A stretch of DNA of 35,529 bases from a virus (Duplodnaviria; Caudoviricetes), in the IMG/VR virus record IMGVR_UViG_3300043618_000010, positions 1-35,529 of that record, one strand, 5' to 3'. Below, in pieces: positions 26,619 through 34,524 of the stretch. Under the pieces are notes generated by a model. That model made no database searches and was not told the DNA's origin. It was given only the letters and a program-made list of their open reading frames with translations. A program made the translations under genes and the position numbers. Every line of letters begins with the position of its first letter. The first letter of the stretch is position 1.

Positions 26619-27284
26619 TCAGCCCGTGAAAGTCACGAGCAAGCCCTCGCCGGCGTCCAGCTGCGGCGTGAAGGCGCCGCCGTTGGATGCGGTCTGGGTG
26701 CCGCCCAGGTCCCAGTAGAGAAGGACTGGGGAGGTCGAAGGGGTGCCGGTGTCCTTGAAGAACAGCACGTGGGAGGCGACAAGGCTCCCGGGGTTGATCG
26801 TCGTCCAGCTCGGGTCGGCGGCATCGATGAGCAGCACCCCGCGGCCCACGCACGTCCAGGTGACACCGCCATCTACCACTGTCTGGCCGATGACCGTCGC
26901 GTACGTGGGGATGCTGGCGCCGGACGTGCCCGCAGTAGTGGCCTGGTAGACGAACCCGTTGCCGGTTACGGGCCGGACCACGTCGCCTACGGTGTAGGCC
27001 GTGCTGTTGGCCCGCTGCGTCGCCCACGAGTTCGCCGCGGTGTAGGCGACCGTCTTGCTCGTGAGCGTCTGGCCGCCGGCGGTGTAGCCGGTGTTGCCGC
27101 CGCCGGTCGCCTCCACACCGACGCCGCCGGTGACAACATCGCTGAGGAACTGGGCGGTATCGGCCGTGCTGCCCACGGTGTAAGAGGACAGCAGCATCGC
27201 CTTGATCGTGTCGGATGCGAAGTTGACGCGAGCCTCGAAAAGGCTCTGCTGCAGCTTGCCGTACACGAACACCGTGACAGCCAT
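26619..27284 (-). CDS. Fibre/appendage structural subunit with inserted CBM-like module
   Basis: DTIKAMLL...GYTAGGQTL...DAADPSW...TSPVLLYWDLG; insert NSTAYTVGDVV...GFVYQATTAGTSG...DGGVTWT. Confidence 0.75.
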   Translation of the reverse strand: MAVTVFVYGKLQQSLFEARVNFASDTIKAMLLSSYTVGSTADTAQFLSDVVTGGVGVEATGGGNTGYTAGGQTLTSKTVAYTAANSWATQRANSTAYTVGDVVRPVTGNGFVYQATTAGTSGASIPTYATVIGQTVVDGGVTWTCVGRGVLLIDAADPSWTTINPGSLVASHVLFFKDTGTPSTSPVLLYWDLGGTQTASNGGAFTPQLDAGEGLLVTFTG

Positions 27285-27309
27285 GACGTACTCCTAGATC
27301 AGTGACGTG

Positions 27310-27900
27310 TTAGCGGACAAGAAGCCGGCGCCGAGCGTTCGCGTAAGGCCGCGGCGGCGGGCCGAAAGAGGCATCGACGAGCGTGGAGGCGCTGTTGCCT
27401 GCAGTGCCGTCCCATGTAGCGCCCGCTGAACCGCCATCGAAGTAGGTGTCGAGGACCCCCACCTGCTCGTACAACACCGCACTGAAATTGGTCGGGTTGC
27501 CCGAGTAGTCCTCGCCGAAGCAGAGCAGCCGCAGCCACACCGTGGAAGCTGGCGAGGTGGCGGTGATGCTCACCCGTGTAGCCGCTCCGGTCGGAGCGGT
27601 TGGGAACGCGACGGTGGCCTCGCTGATCTCGTTCAGCCCCGAGTCGAGCCACTGAATCGCCAGCGTCCCGCCAAGCGTGAAGTTGGTCGGGCGGACATAC
27701 GTGCTGACGGTGTACGTGAGGCTTGGGGATGCCGCTCCGGGGGGGCCGAACATGTATGAGGACGCGCTGTATCTGGCCGCCCATGTTCGCGGGAAGCCCT
27801 GCCCGGTCACGTCCGTTCGGACGGGGGTTTCGCCGCCGGCCCAGTCCGTGTTGTTGTTCGTAAGGCAGGGGTTGGGGCACAGGTTGTGGCGGGTGGCCAT
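27310..27900 (-). CDS. Carbohydrate-binding-like (galactose-binding fold) virion protein
   Basis: RHNLCPNP...W...YTVSTYVR...IQWLD...YFDG...WDGT; basic C-terminal tail NARRRLLVR. Confidence 0.7.
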   Translation of the reverse strand: MATRHNLCPNPCLTNNNTDWAGGETPVRTDVTGQGFPRTWAARYSASSYMFGPPGAASPSLTYTVSTYVRPTNFTLGGTLAIQWLDSGLNEISEATVAFPTAPTGAATRVSITATSPASTVWLRLLCFGEDYSGNPTNFSAVLYEQVGVLDTYFDGGSAGATWDGTAGNSASTLVDASFGPPPRPYANARRRLLVR

Positions 27901-27901
27901 G

Positions 27902-28186
27902 TCAGGTGATCTGCAGTAGGGACGGGCCGAGGACGGGGATCTCCGGTGCGGCGGTGATCTTTACCCAGATGCCGTACCGGACGCCCTTCGTCAACGCCAG
28001 GCCGGTTGCGGGGCCGACCAGGACGGCTGCGTCAGTTCCGATCCACTGCGCCGACTGCCAGTCGCCGCCGGCCGGATCCTGTCCGTCGGGCAGTATCGCC
28101 ATCTGCACGGTGAACGTCGTCATGTTCGCCGGGCCGTCCACCGGGACCTTCACGTACTCGACGCTCAGGCTGGGGATTCGCAGCAA
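27902..28186 (-). CDS. Fibre adaptor protein, paralog A
   Basis: GGAGG then TTG 28186; SVEYVKVPVD...W..A.W...VLVGP...GVRYGIWVKITAAPEIPV. Confidence 0.75.
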   Translation of the reverse strand: MLRIPSLSVEYVKVPVDGPANMTTFTVQMAILPDGQDPAGGDWQSAQWIGTDAAVLVGPATGLALTKGVRYGIWVKITAAPEIPVLGPSLLQIT

Positions 28187-28200
28187 CCCGCACCTCCAGG

Positions 28201-29403
28201 TCAGGTGGTGGGTGGGCGGGAAGGCCAGCCGGGCGAGGGGTCGGACGCCGACCATGAACGTGACGGCTCGGTTGAACTCCAGCCGCGGTGCGGGGCGCCT
28301 GCCACGACGGTGACGTCTTCCAGGACGACCACCGTCAGCGCGTCGGTGCCGGACACGGTGTCGGTGAGGCTCTTCGGGAAGATCTCGATGGCGGTCAGGT
28401 TGTCGACGGCGGTGACCGTGTCCGTCAGGGGGACGGACGCGACGACGCCCAGCAGGTCGACGCCTGCGACTGGTTCGTCGAGCTGCGGCGCCGGAACGCC
28501 GACCAAGTCATCGATCGCAATGACCGTGTCGGTCAGGTCGATGGGGACGCCGCCGGTGACGTCGTCGGTGACGGTCCCCGTGTCCGCGAGCGTGACGGTG
28601 GCGACCACCGTCAGGTCGTCGACCGCGGTTACCGTGTCCGCCAGGTCGACCGAGGCAGACACCGTGAGGGCATCCACGACGGCCGCCGTCTCGGCCAGCG
28701 GAGTGGCCGCGTCCGCAGCCAACGTGTCGGAGACAGCGCCGGTCTCGGTGAGGGTGATCGGGGTCGCCGCGGAGGCGGCGATGTTCACGGTGAACCCGTG
28801 ATACTCGGGAACGCCTGTGTCGGCGGTGAACGTCTGCACGCCCGACGCGCCACCACTGACCAGCGTCCGCGTAGCGGTAGTGGTCAGCGCGTAATTGCCG
28901 GACTGGATATCGGTCCGCTCAGTGAACCCGGCGGGCGGGGTGAAGGTTCGCGGAGACCCAGGCGCGTGGAGGGCGACGCACCGAATCTCGAAGTCATCAG
29001 AACCAGTCGGGGTCGTGGACGGGGTTGTGCATGAGGAGGTGCTGGAGTTGCTGCCGCTCTGCGCCACCACAGGGGTACTGGTGGCCCCGTCCTGCACGGC
29101 GATAATTGACACGGAGCCGTCGGCGCCCGAGTTCTGGGTGAACCCGTAGGTCGAGGGTTCACTGCCGCCCGCGACTTTCCACCAAGCTTTGCTTCCTGCG
29201 CCGGTCCCGTCATCGCGGATCCTGGAGGCCAGCAGGTTCCAGGTAGCGCCCCCGGTAGGGGTGCCCATGTCGGCGAGGGTTCCGGCGTCGGCGGCGTGGA
29301 AGCAGATGAGGATGTCGCCAGAGACGGTGGCGGCTGGCTTGTTGCAGTTGAACGATGCGGTGGTGCCGGAGGCGCTTTGGGATGCGTCGCGGTAGGACGG
29401 CAT
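28201..29403 (-). CDS. Fibre protein: globular N-domain plus acidic shaft (~8 x 18-aa repeats)
   Basis: KPAATVSGDILI...WWKVAGGSEPSTY head; repeat LxDTVTAVDxL. Confidence 0.8.
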   Translation of the reverse strand: MPSYRDASQSASGTTASFNCNKPAATVSGDILICFHAADAGTLADMGTPTGGATWNLLASRIRDDGTGAGSKAWWKVAGGSEPSTYGFTQNSGADGSVSIIAVQDGATSTPVVAQSGSNSSTSSCTTPSTTPTGSDDFEIRCVALHAPGSPRTFTPPAGFTERTDIQSGNYALTTTATRTLVSGGASGVQTFTADTGVPEYHGFTVNIAASAATPITLTETGAVSDTLAADAATPLAETAAVVDALTVSASVDLADTVTAVDDLTVVATVTLADTGTVTDDVTGGVPIDLTDTVIAIDDLVGVPAPQLDEPVAGVDLLGVVASVPLTDTVTAVDNLTAIEIFPKSLTDTVSGTDALTVVVLEDVTVVAGAPHRGWSSTEPSRSWSASDPSPGWPSRPPTT

Positions 29404-29439
29404 CAGCTACCCCCGGACTCCCCGCCTGTAGTTGTTGAT

Positions 29440-30018
29440 CTAGGAGAACGTGCAGGTCGCAGTTGCCGCCCACGTCTGCGGGCTCGCCTTCGTTCCCTGG
29501 GCGATGCTCGTCTTGTGGTTGAACAGGGTGGCGGCCACGGTGTTGCCAGACACCGCGGTGGGAGCTCCGATGTCGATCCCGAATTCATTCCACGCGAAGT
29601 TCCCGTCCGCCGAGGCGAACGTGGACTTGAGGGTGAGGACGCCGGCGGCCACCTGCGGGTAGGTGGCGTCCATGATCTGGAACCACCGGTTGGCGGATCC
29701 GGCGGCAGCTGACAGGTTGGTGTCGCCGACCGCCGCCGTTCCTGCACCGTTGCCGACACCGATGCGGGCGGAGGTGTTGGTGATGGCCTGCCCGCCAGAG
29801 GCGATGAGCAGCGCAGTCAGGCGGGTCAGCCCGGCTGTGGTGATCAAGTTGCCGTGGACTTCGCTCGTGTCGTAAGGCGTGACGCCGAGCCGATGGAACA
29901 CGTCGGCGGGTGGCGCAGCGAGGCCGCTGCGGGTTCTCACCCACGCGGTCTGGTGGTCATCCCACCGGTCGATACGCCAGTGGGTGGTGGCGTGCACGGC
30001 CTCTCTGGTTGCGGTCAT
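29440..30018 (-). CDS. Fibre/collar-type structural subunit
   Basis: NLITTAG...IGVGNG...DTNL...STF...GNFAWNEFGI...LFNHK resembles tail-collar fibre N-domains. Confidence 0.7.
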   Translation of the reverse strand: MTATREAVHATTHWRIDRWDDHQTAWVRTRSGLAAPPADVFHRLGVTPYDTSEVHGNLITTAGLTRLTALLIASGGQAITNTSARIGVGNGAGTAAVGDTNLSAAAGSANRWFQIMDATYPQVAAGVLTLKSTFASADGNFAWNEFGIDIGAPTAVSGNTVAATLFNHKTSIAQGTKASPQTWAATATCTFS

Positions 30019-30040
30019 GGAGGCCTCCAGTGGCGATCAA

Positions 30041-30056
30041 TCGAACGGGTGTACGA
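30041..30056. promoter_or_regulatory. Actinobacterial SOS (LexA) box
   Basis: TCGAAC-GGGT-GTACGA, one mismatch to TCGAAC-N4-GTTCGA, 10 bp before ATG 30067. Confidence 0.7.
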
Positions 30057-30066
30057 GGATGAGTGG

Positions 30067-30357
30067 ATGATTCCTGCGCCTGGCATGTGCACCGACTGGC
30101 ACAAGGACCCTCGGCCGATGCTTCGGGAGGCCACCCTCGATGAGGGCGGCCCGCAGCACTCGGTGCGCCCGCGCCGGGTCATCGAGGTGCTATGCGACGA
30201 CGGCCAGTGGCACACCGGACGGCTGGAGTGCTGGCATCGCGGCCTGCTGGAATGGGAGTGCCTGATCTCCTACAACCCGGCACCGTTCCACGAGTACTCA
30301 GGTTGGTACGGCTACAGCCCGGTAGCGATCAATCCCCTGGCTGATCCTGCGCCCTGA
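30067..30357 (+). CDS. Putative SOS-regulated small beta-rich protein (moron)
   Basis: MIPAPGMCTDW...VIEVLCDDGQWHTGRLECW...WECLISY; antisense to flanking genes. Confidence 0.65.
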   Translation: MIPAPGMCTDWHKDPRPMLREATLDEGGPQHSVRPRRVIEVLCDDGQWHTGRLECWHRGLLEWECLISYNPAPFHEYSGWYGYSPVAINPLADPAP

Positions 30358-30366
30358 CGTTTGGGT

Positions 30367-30481
30367 GTGGCCCCGAACGTCCCGCAACATCCGGGGACCA
30401 CGACTGTGCGCTACGACCTGGGGTGGGGTACCGGGAGCGCGGGTGCAGACCCCCGTCTCCTCCCGGCAGAGACGAGGCTGC
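30367..30481 (-). promoter_or_regulatory. Structured late-leader RNA (pseudoknot plus hairpin)
   Basis: Stem 30451-30459/30469-30477, loop UGCCGGGAG pairs with CUCCCGGUA (30429-30437); second hairpin 30367-30401. Confidence 0.5.
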
Positions 30482-30505
30482 GCGTCTGGGGCTTTCTAGC
30501 GATAT

Positions 30506-30736
30506 CTAGGCGGCTCGGGTGCGGTCGGCGCGGCGGCCGGCCTTGCGATGGGTGGCGAACTCGGCAGCCGCCACATCCTCAGGCTCGAACAGGTTCCGGC
30601 CGTTCTCGTGCTTGGCCACCCGGAGTTTGTTGCGGTGCACCCAGATGCGGATGACGCCAGGCTCCACGCGGGCGAGAGCGGCGGCTTGGTCGCTGTCGAT
30701 GAGGCCGTCGTACCTGGTGATCAGCAGCAGGATCAC
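30506..30736 (-). CDS. MerR/excisionase-like HTH DNA-binding protein
   Basis: LIDSDQAAALARVEPGVIRIWVHRNKL...GRNLFEPEDV. Confidence 0.8.
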   Translation of the reverse strand: MILLLITRYDGLIDSDQAAALARVEPGVIRIWVHRNKLRVAKHENGRNLFEPEDVAAAEFATHRKAGRRADRTRAA

Positions 30737-30742
30737 CCCCCT

Positions 30743-30780
30743 AAAACGACGAAAGCCCCCGGCCAGTGAAGGTCGAGGGC
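30743..30780 (-). terminator. Intrinsic terminator-like hairpin
   Basis: GCCCUCGACC-UUCACU-GGCCGGGGGC followed by UUUCGUCGUUUU. Confidence 0.65.
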
Positions 30781-30801
30781 ATACGTGTTGTGCTGGCATT
30801 C

Positions 30802-30831
30802 ACGTTACACAGACGCCGGGGTGAGCTACAA
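30802..30831 (-). promoter_or_regulatory. Putative late promoter
   Basis: TTGTAG-N18-TAACGT just upstream of the terminator hairpin. Confidence 0.5.
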
Positions 30832-30851
30832 GCTGACGCGCGGGAATTGTG

Positions 30852-31043
30852 TCAGGCGTCGCGGACAGTTTCGGGCCGTCCGTACTCCTGATGTTCGTCT
30901 GGGTCGTCGTTGAGGCCGAAGAACTCCTCAACTGGCATCTTCCGGAGCTCTGTCGGCACGTGGATAGGCAGAAGGTAGGGGATCACGAGATGCCCGTCGA
31001 CCACGCGCATCTTGGTGCATGGGGATGGAGGGGAGGGGGTCAC
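30852..31043 (-). CDS. Hypothetical protein
   Basis: Short ORF filling the gap; start uncertain. Confidence 0.4.
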   Translation of the reverse strand: MTPSPPSPCTKMRVVDGHLVIPYLLPIHVPTELRKMPVEEFFGLNDDPDEHQEYGRPETVRDA

Positions 31044-31063
31044 AATGCTTCCATTCTCCCACT

Positions 31064-31849
31064 TCAAACCGCCTGTCGAGCGATTTCGTCCTCGTAGGTG
31101 AGGCGCTGCAACAGCCTCCAACTGGCTCCTGCGTACGTCTCACCGCAGTGCCCGCAGTACGCCTCATCCTGTAGCCCGTCGGCTTTCTCTTCCCGGTAGA
31201 GCGCGATCCTGCCGCACTGGTGGCACGGCACGTGCAGGAGGTCGCGGCGTCGGGTCATGCCCAGCGTCGACCGGCATCGGGCGTGAAGTTTGAGGAGTTC
31301 CAGGCCAGCGCCGGCGCCGTCGAGGTCGACGTTGGCGACCGCATACCCAGCGTTCGCGTGGACGTGGCCGGTGGTGCCTGCGGGAAGCTGTGCGGCCTCA
31401 TGGAGGGGCAGGTAGCGGACGACAGGCCAAGGGCCAAGGGACAGGAGCGCGTCTACCCAGCGGGTAAGTGTGCGGCATGCGGTGTCGAGGTCTCGGCAGG
31501 CGTCAACGAGTCCTGCGACGGCGGCCACGATCTCCGCCCAGGTGTTGACGACGTGGGTGAGGTCGACCATGAGGGCGTCCACGTCGAGGCGGAGCGGCGC
31601 AGGTGGGGTTCTCGAACCGGACACGCGCTGGCCCTGCCCTGTGGTGCGGGGTAGTTCGGTGCGTAGGTGCATGTACTTGGCGGGGAGGTCGGCGATGGCC
31701 TGGATGAGGTATTCGCGGTCGCGGTCGCAGAATGGGCGGTAGGTCCAGGCGGGCTGGTTGGTGCGCTTGCCGCCGTCCACGATGACTTGCCTGTCCGTGC
31801 AGTGGGTGTCGCGGGCGCATGGGCGCATCTCGCTGCTGTTGTAGGGCAT
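31064..31849 (-). CDS. Zn-finger protein, probable late-gene regulator
   Basis: FCDRD...SGSRTPPAPLRLD...VPCHQCG...YCGHCG; last large gene before the late promoter. Confidence 0.7.
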   Translation of the reverse strand: MPYNSSEMRPCARDTHCTDRQVIVDGGKRTNQPAWTYRPFCDRDREYLIQAIADLPAKYMHLRTELPRTTGQGQRVSGSRTPPAPLRLDVDALMVDLTHVVNTWAEIVAAVAGLVDACRDLDTACRTLTRWVDALLSLGPWPVVRYLPLHEAAQLPAGTTGHVHANAGYAVANVDLDGAGAGLELLKLHARCRSTLGMTRRRDLLHVPCHQCGRIALYREEKADGLQDEAYCGHCGETYAGASWRLLQRLTYEDEIARQAV

Positions 31850-31920
31850 GTGAGGGCCTCCCCGAGGTCGTACGCTTACGGGAAGGCAGCTGAGGGGCTG
31901 ACGAGATGTGTGGGGTTGAG

Positions 31921-31959
31921 GGCGGTCCTCCTGTACCAGAGGGGGGCCGTCTTCGTGTT
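31921..31959 (+). terminator. Plus-strand terminator-like hairpin
   Basis: GGCGGUCCUC...GGGGGCCGUC pairs fully (with G-U) only on +, followed by UUCGUGUUU. Confidence 0.45.
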
Positions 31960-32041
31960 TCAGGACATTATGGACATCGTCCGTCGCTGGGATGTGCGCG
32001 TAGCGTCATAACGCCGGTTGGGTTGGCCACTCTCCGCTACA

Positions 32042-32305
32042 TCAACTGCTGCGCTGGTGGCCGACCATCTGGAGCGCCCGGCGCAGCTCGGCGGACTGCT
32101 GCCGGGCCTCATCCCGCTCCCGAACCGCCTGCAGCAGGAAGCACAGCCACATCACGTCGGCCAACGACGGGCCAATCCCCACCCACCACCCGCACAACCG
32201 GGCCACGGCCAGCAGGAACGCGAACGGCAACACCACGTACAGCAGCAGCCGCGCGTCATCGCTGGACGGCGGGTCGGCGAACAACGCCCACAAACGGCGG
32301 ATCAC
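32042..32305 (-). CDS. Small two-TM membrane protein
   Basis: LLLYVVLPFAFLLAVARL...VMWLCFLLQAVRERDEAR. Confidence 0.7.
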   Translation of the reverse strand: MIRRLWALFADPPSSDDARLLLYVVLPFAFLLAVARLCGWWVGIGPSLADVMWLCFLLQAVRERDEARQQSAELRRALQMVGHQRSS

Positions 32306-32970
32306 GACGCCGCCCCCTCAGCCGCCGCGAGCAGCACGCCGGGCACCACGGTCGGCACCAACAGTCGCTGCGCCGGGGTGAGCTCAAGTGCATCCAAGAT
32401 GCGGGAGATCGCACCAGCCAGAAGGGCGCCCTGAGCCTCCGCCAACCGAATCTCCCGGTCGGCCACCCCCATGTCGTGGGCGGTTTTCGCGTACCGGACG
32501 CACCGGTCCCGCTCGTCAGCCTCCAACTTGGCCAACCCGCGCACGGCCTCCCCCGACTCGTATACGCCGACGTTCGGCGACGCGGAAAACGTGTGCCCGA
32601 CCAACCCTTCGCCCTGGCCCACGCCGCGCACTGTGACCGCTTCCTCTACCTGGCGGCGCAGTAAGCCGGCATACAGGTGCACCCGCGCCCACGACATCTG
32701 CAACATCGCCATCACCGCCTCACTCGGCGACACATCCATACGGCCGGGGACGGCATGCCAGGCACTGATCGCCTCCCCCTTGGCCTTCAGCACGTCAGTG
32801 GCCTGCCCCCCATGCGTACGGCAAGCATCCGTACCGCGGATCGCTGACGCGTGGCAGCGGTCTCCTGGCCTGCGTTTCGACTTCTTCGAACACTCCCACC
32901 GGGAGTGCTGCTCACACCAAGCGGCGCCTGTCCGCTTCATGAGGTCGTCCGAGTTCAAGAGGGCGGTCAC
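32302..32970 (-). CDS. HGGxSTG-like Cys/His domain protein
   Basis: ECSKKSKRRPGDRCHASAIRGTDACRTHGG; helical C-terminus. Confidence 0.75.
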   Translation of the reverse strand: MTALLNSDDLMKRTGAAWCEQHSRWECSKKSKRRPGDRCHASAIRGTDACRTHGGQATDVLKAKGEAISAWHAVPGRMDVSPSEAVMAMLQMSWARVHLYAGLLRRQVEEAVTVRGVGQGEGLVGHTFSASPNVGVYESGEAVRGLAKLEADERDRCVRYAKTAHDMGVADREIRLAEAQGALLAGAISRILDALELTPAQRLLVPTVVPGVLLAAAEGAAS

Positions 32971-33419
32971 TCCTCCTCCTCCTTGGGTAGAGCTGGCTGC
33001 TCAGGCAGGGTCTCTACCAGCGTGGACGTCTGCGTGGCCTTCTCCCGAGCGATGACGCCCGACACGATCCGGCGCGCTCCCCGCTTGGTCATCGCAGCTC
33101 CGAGCAGCCTGATGCCAGACGAGCCGACGACATACACCCGGTACCGGCCGTCCCACCAGGAGAGCTCGCGGTGGTATCGGACCTCGTACGCAAGGTTGCT
33201 CACGTCGGCTCCTCCTTTGCCTGACACCTCAGGGAGCAGGGTCACGATGACCTCGATCCCGATGATGCGGCCGTGCTCGTCGGTGTCTACGTGAACGACT
33301 GGGTCATCGCCTTCGATCGTCCGCGCTACCGGACCTGACGCGTCTGGGGTCAGGTAGAAGTACCAGGCACCCAACTCGGGGTCATGGGTCCATTCGCCTG
33401 GGTGGTGTTCGAGGGTCAC
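32967..33419 (-). CDS. DUF2283-like domain protein with C-terminal extension
   Basis: HDPELGAWYFYL...VARTIE...VHVDTDEHGRIIGIEVI; GTGA-coupled start. Confidence 0.7.
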   Translation of the reverse strand: MTLEHHPGEWTHDPELGAWYFYLTPDASGPVARTIEGDDPVVHVDTDEHGRIIGIEVIVTLLPEVSGKGGADVSNLAYEVRYHRELSWWDGRYRVYVVGSSGIRLLGAAMTKRGARRIVSGVIAREKATQTSTLVETLPEQPALPKEEEE

Positions 33420-33775
33420 CGGCGCCGCCTCCGGTACTCGCTGCGGTCGATCGGCATGGGCTTGGGGTTGCCTGCCGGGTTGCAGGTGGGGCACCGGGCA
33501 CGGTGCCTGCGGTCGTTCCGCCTCTGCCAGGTCAGCTTGTGGAAGGCGATCTGAGTGCTCTTCACAGCCTGGGCGATGGGCTTGAAACCCTCCGTAAGCA
33601 CCCGTGCCGCTGCTGTCATTCCCTCGATGAAGGTTGAGGCGTCGAAGGCGACTCTGAACGAGACGACGGACGACGGGGCTGGGAGGTCAGGAGCCCACCT
33701 CATCGCGTCCTCGGAGATCGCGTAGTCCTCCAGGCAGGCATCGATCGCGTCCAGGACGCCGTCAGGGTTCGACAT
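33416..33775 (-). CDS. Hypothetical protein
   Basis: MSNPDGVLDAIDACLEDYAISEDAMRWAP; SD AGGAGG. Confidence 0.7.
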   Translation of the reverse strand: MSNPDGVLDAIDACLEDYAISEDAMRWAPDLPAPSSVVSFRVAFDASTFIEGMTAAARVLTEGFKPIAQAVKSTQIAFHKLTWQRRNDRRHRARCPTCNPAGNPKPMPIDRSEYRRRRR

Positions 33776-34274
33776 GGGTTCCATCCTCCTGGGTGTCATC
33801 GAGAGCGGCGAGGGTGTCGCGGGCCTGGTCGATGGCCTGGACTCGGACGGATGCGTTGATGGTCAGCTCACACAGGCGTCGGACGCGGGCGATGGCCGCT
33901 TCAGCCTGTACGGCGCGATCCCGCCACGCCTCCACCTCCTGCTTGGCAGCCGCAAGCTTGTCCTCAGCCTCGTACCAGCGCTCCTTGGCACGCTCGTACT
34001 GGACGCCGTTTTGCTGAGATGTCGCCGCCCACCAGTCCCGCAGTCGCTCTCGCTCCATGCAGCCGAGGCAGCCGCTCTTCTCCATGTTGGCGCGGTGGCG
34101 CGTGAGTTCTTCCAACTGGACGGCCTGCGTGGTGCGGGAGTGGCGAAGCTCGGAGTGGAGCTTCTCCAGTTCCTCATCTCGTACAGCCAGCACGGCGTAC
34201 AGCACGCGAGTGACGGTGAGCGGGCCGCACTCGCGGATGGCGTCGTGGTAACGCTGGCGGAGGTCGTCAGCCAT
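33762..34274 (-). CDS. Coiled-coil hypothetical protein
   Basis: AVLAVRDEELEKL...RAVQAEAAIARVRRLC. Confidence 0.75.
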   Translation of the reverse strand: MADDLRQRYHDAIRECGPLTVTRVLYAVLAVRDEELEKLHSELRHSRTTQAVQLEELTRHRANMEKSGCLGCMERERLRDWWAATSQQNGVQYERAKERWYEAEDKLAAAKQEVEAWRDRAVQAEAAIARVRRLCELTINASVRVQAIDQARDTLAALDDTQEDGTHVEP

Positions 34275-34524
34275 CGTTCTCGGTCCTCCGAGGTCGGGCG
34301 GCGACCGCGGCCTTGAGCGCGGCCAGCTCTTCCGGACCGACGCCGGGGGTATCGCGGATCTCGTCGTCGGGCAGCTCCGCGAGGTCGGCCAGCACGAGCG
34401 CGTATCGCTGCGCGGCGAGGGCGTTTCTGACCTGCCAGGGCAGGCCCGGCAAGGTGGCGATAGTGAGCCGCCACGGCGGCGTCGCCAGATTGCTGATCAT
34501 GGCGGCCAGGGATTCCTCAGCCAT
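34267..34524 (-). CDS. RNA polymerase alpha-CTD-like / HhH protein
   Basis: IATLPGLPWQVRNALAAQRYALVLADLAELPDDEIRDTPGVGPEELAALKAAV. Confidence 0.6.
   Translation of the reverse strand: MAEESLAAMISNLATPPWRLTIATLPGLPWQVRNALAAQRYALVLADLAELPDDEIRDTPGVGPEELAALKAAVAARPRRTENDG

Noticed and set aside
23763-28760. Periodic DNA in the fibre genes as a CRISPR array or DNA repeat
   Set aside because: The periodicity is degenerate protein-level repetition with no identical repeats or spacers.
1986-29034. Long plus-strand ORFs (e.g. 2601-4271, 4934-6394, 19522-21123, 25538-26629)
   Set aside because: Antisense shadows of high-GC minus-strand genes with no recognisable motifs.
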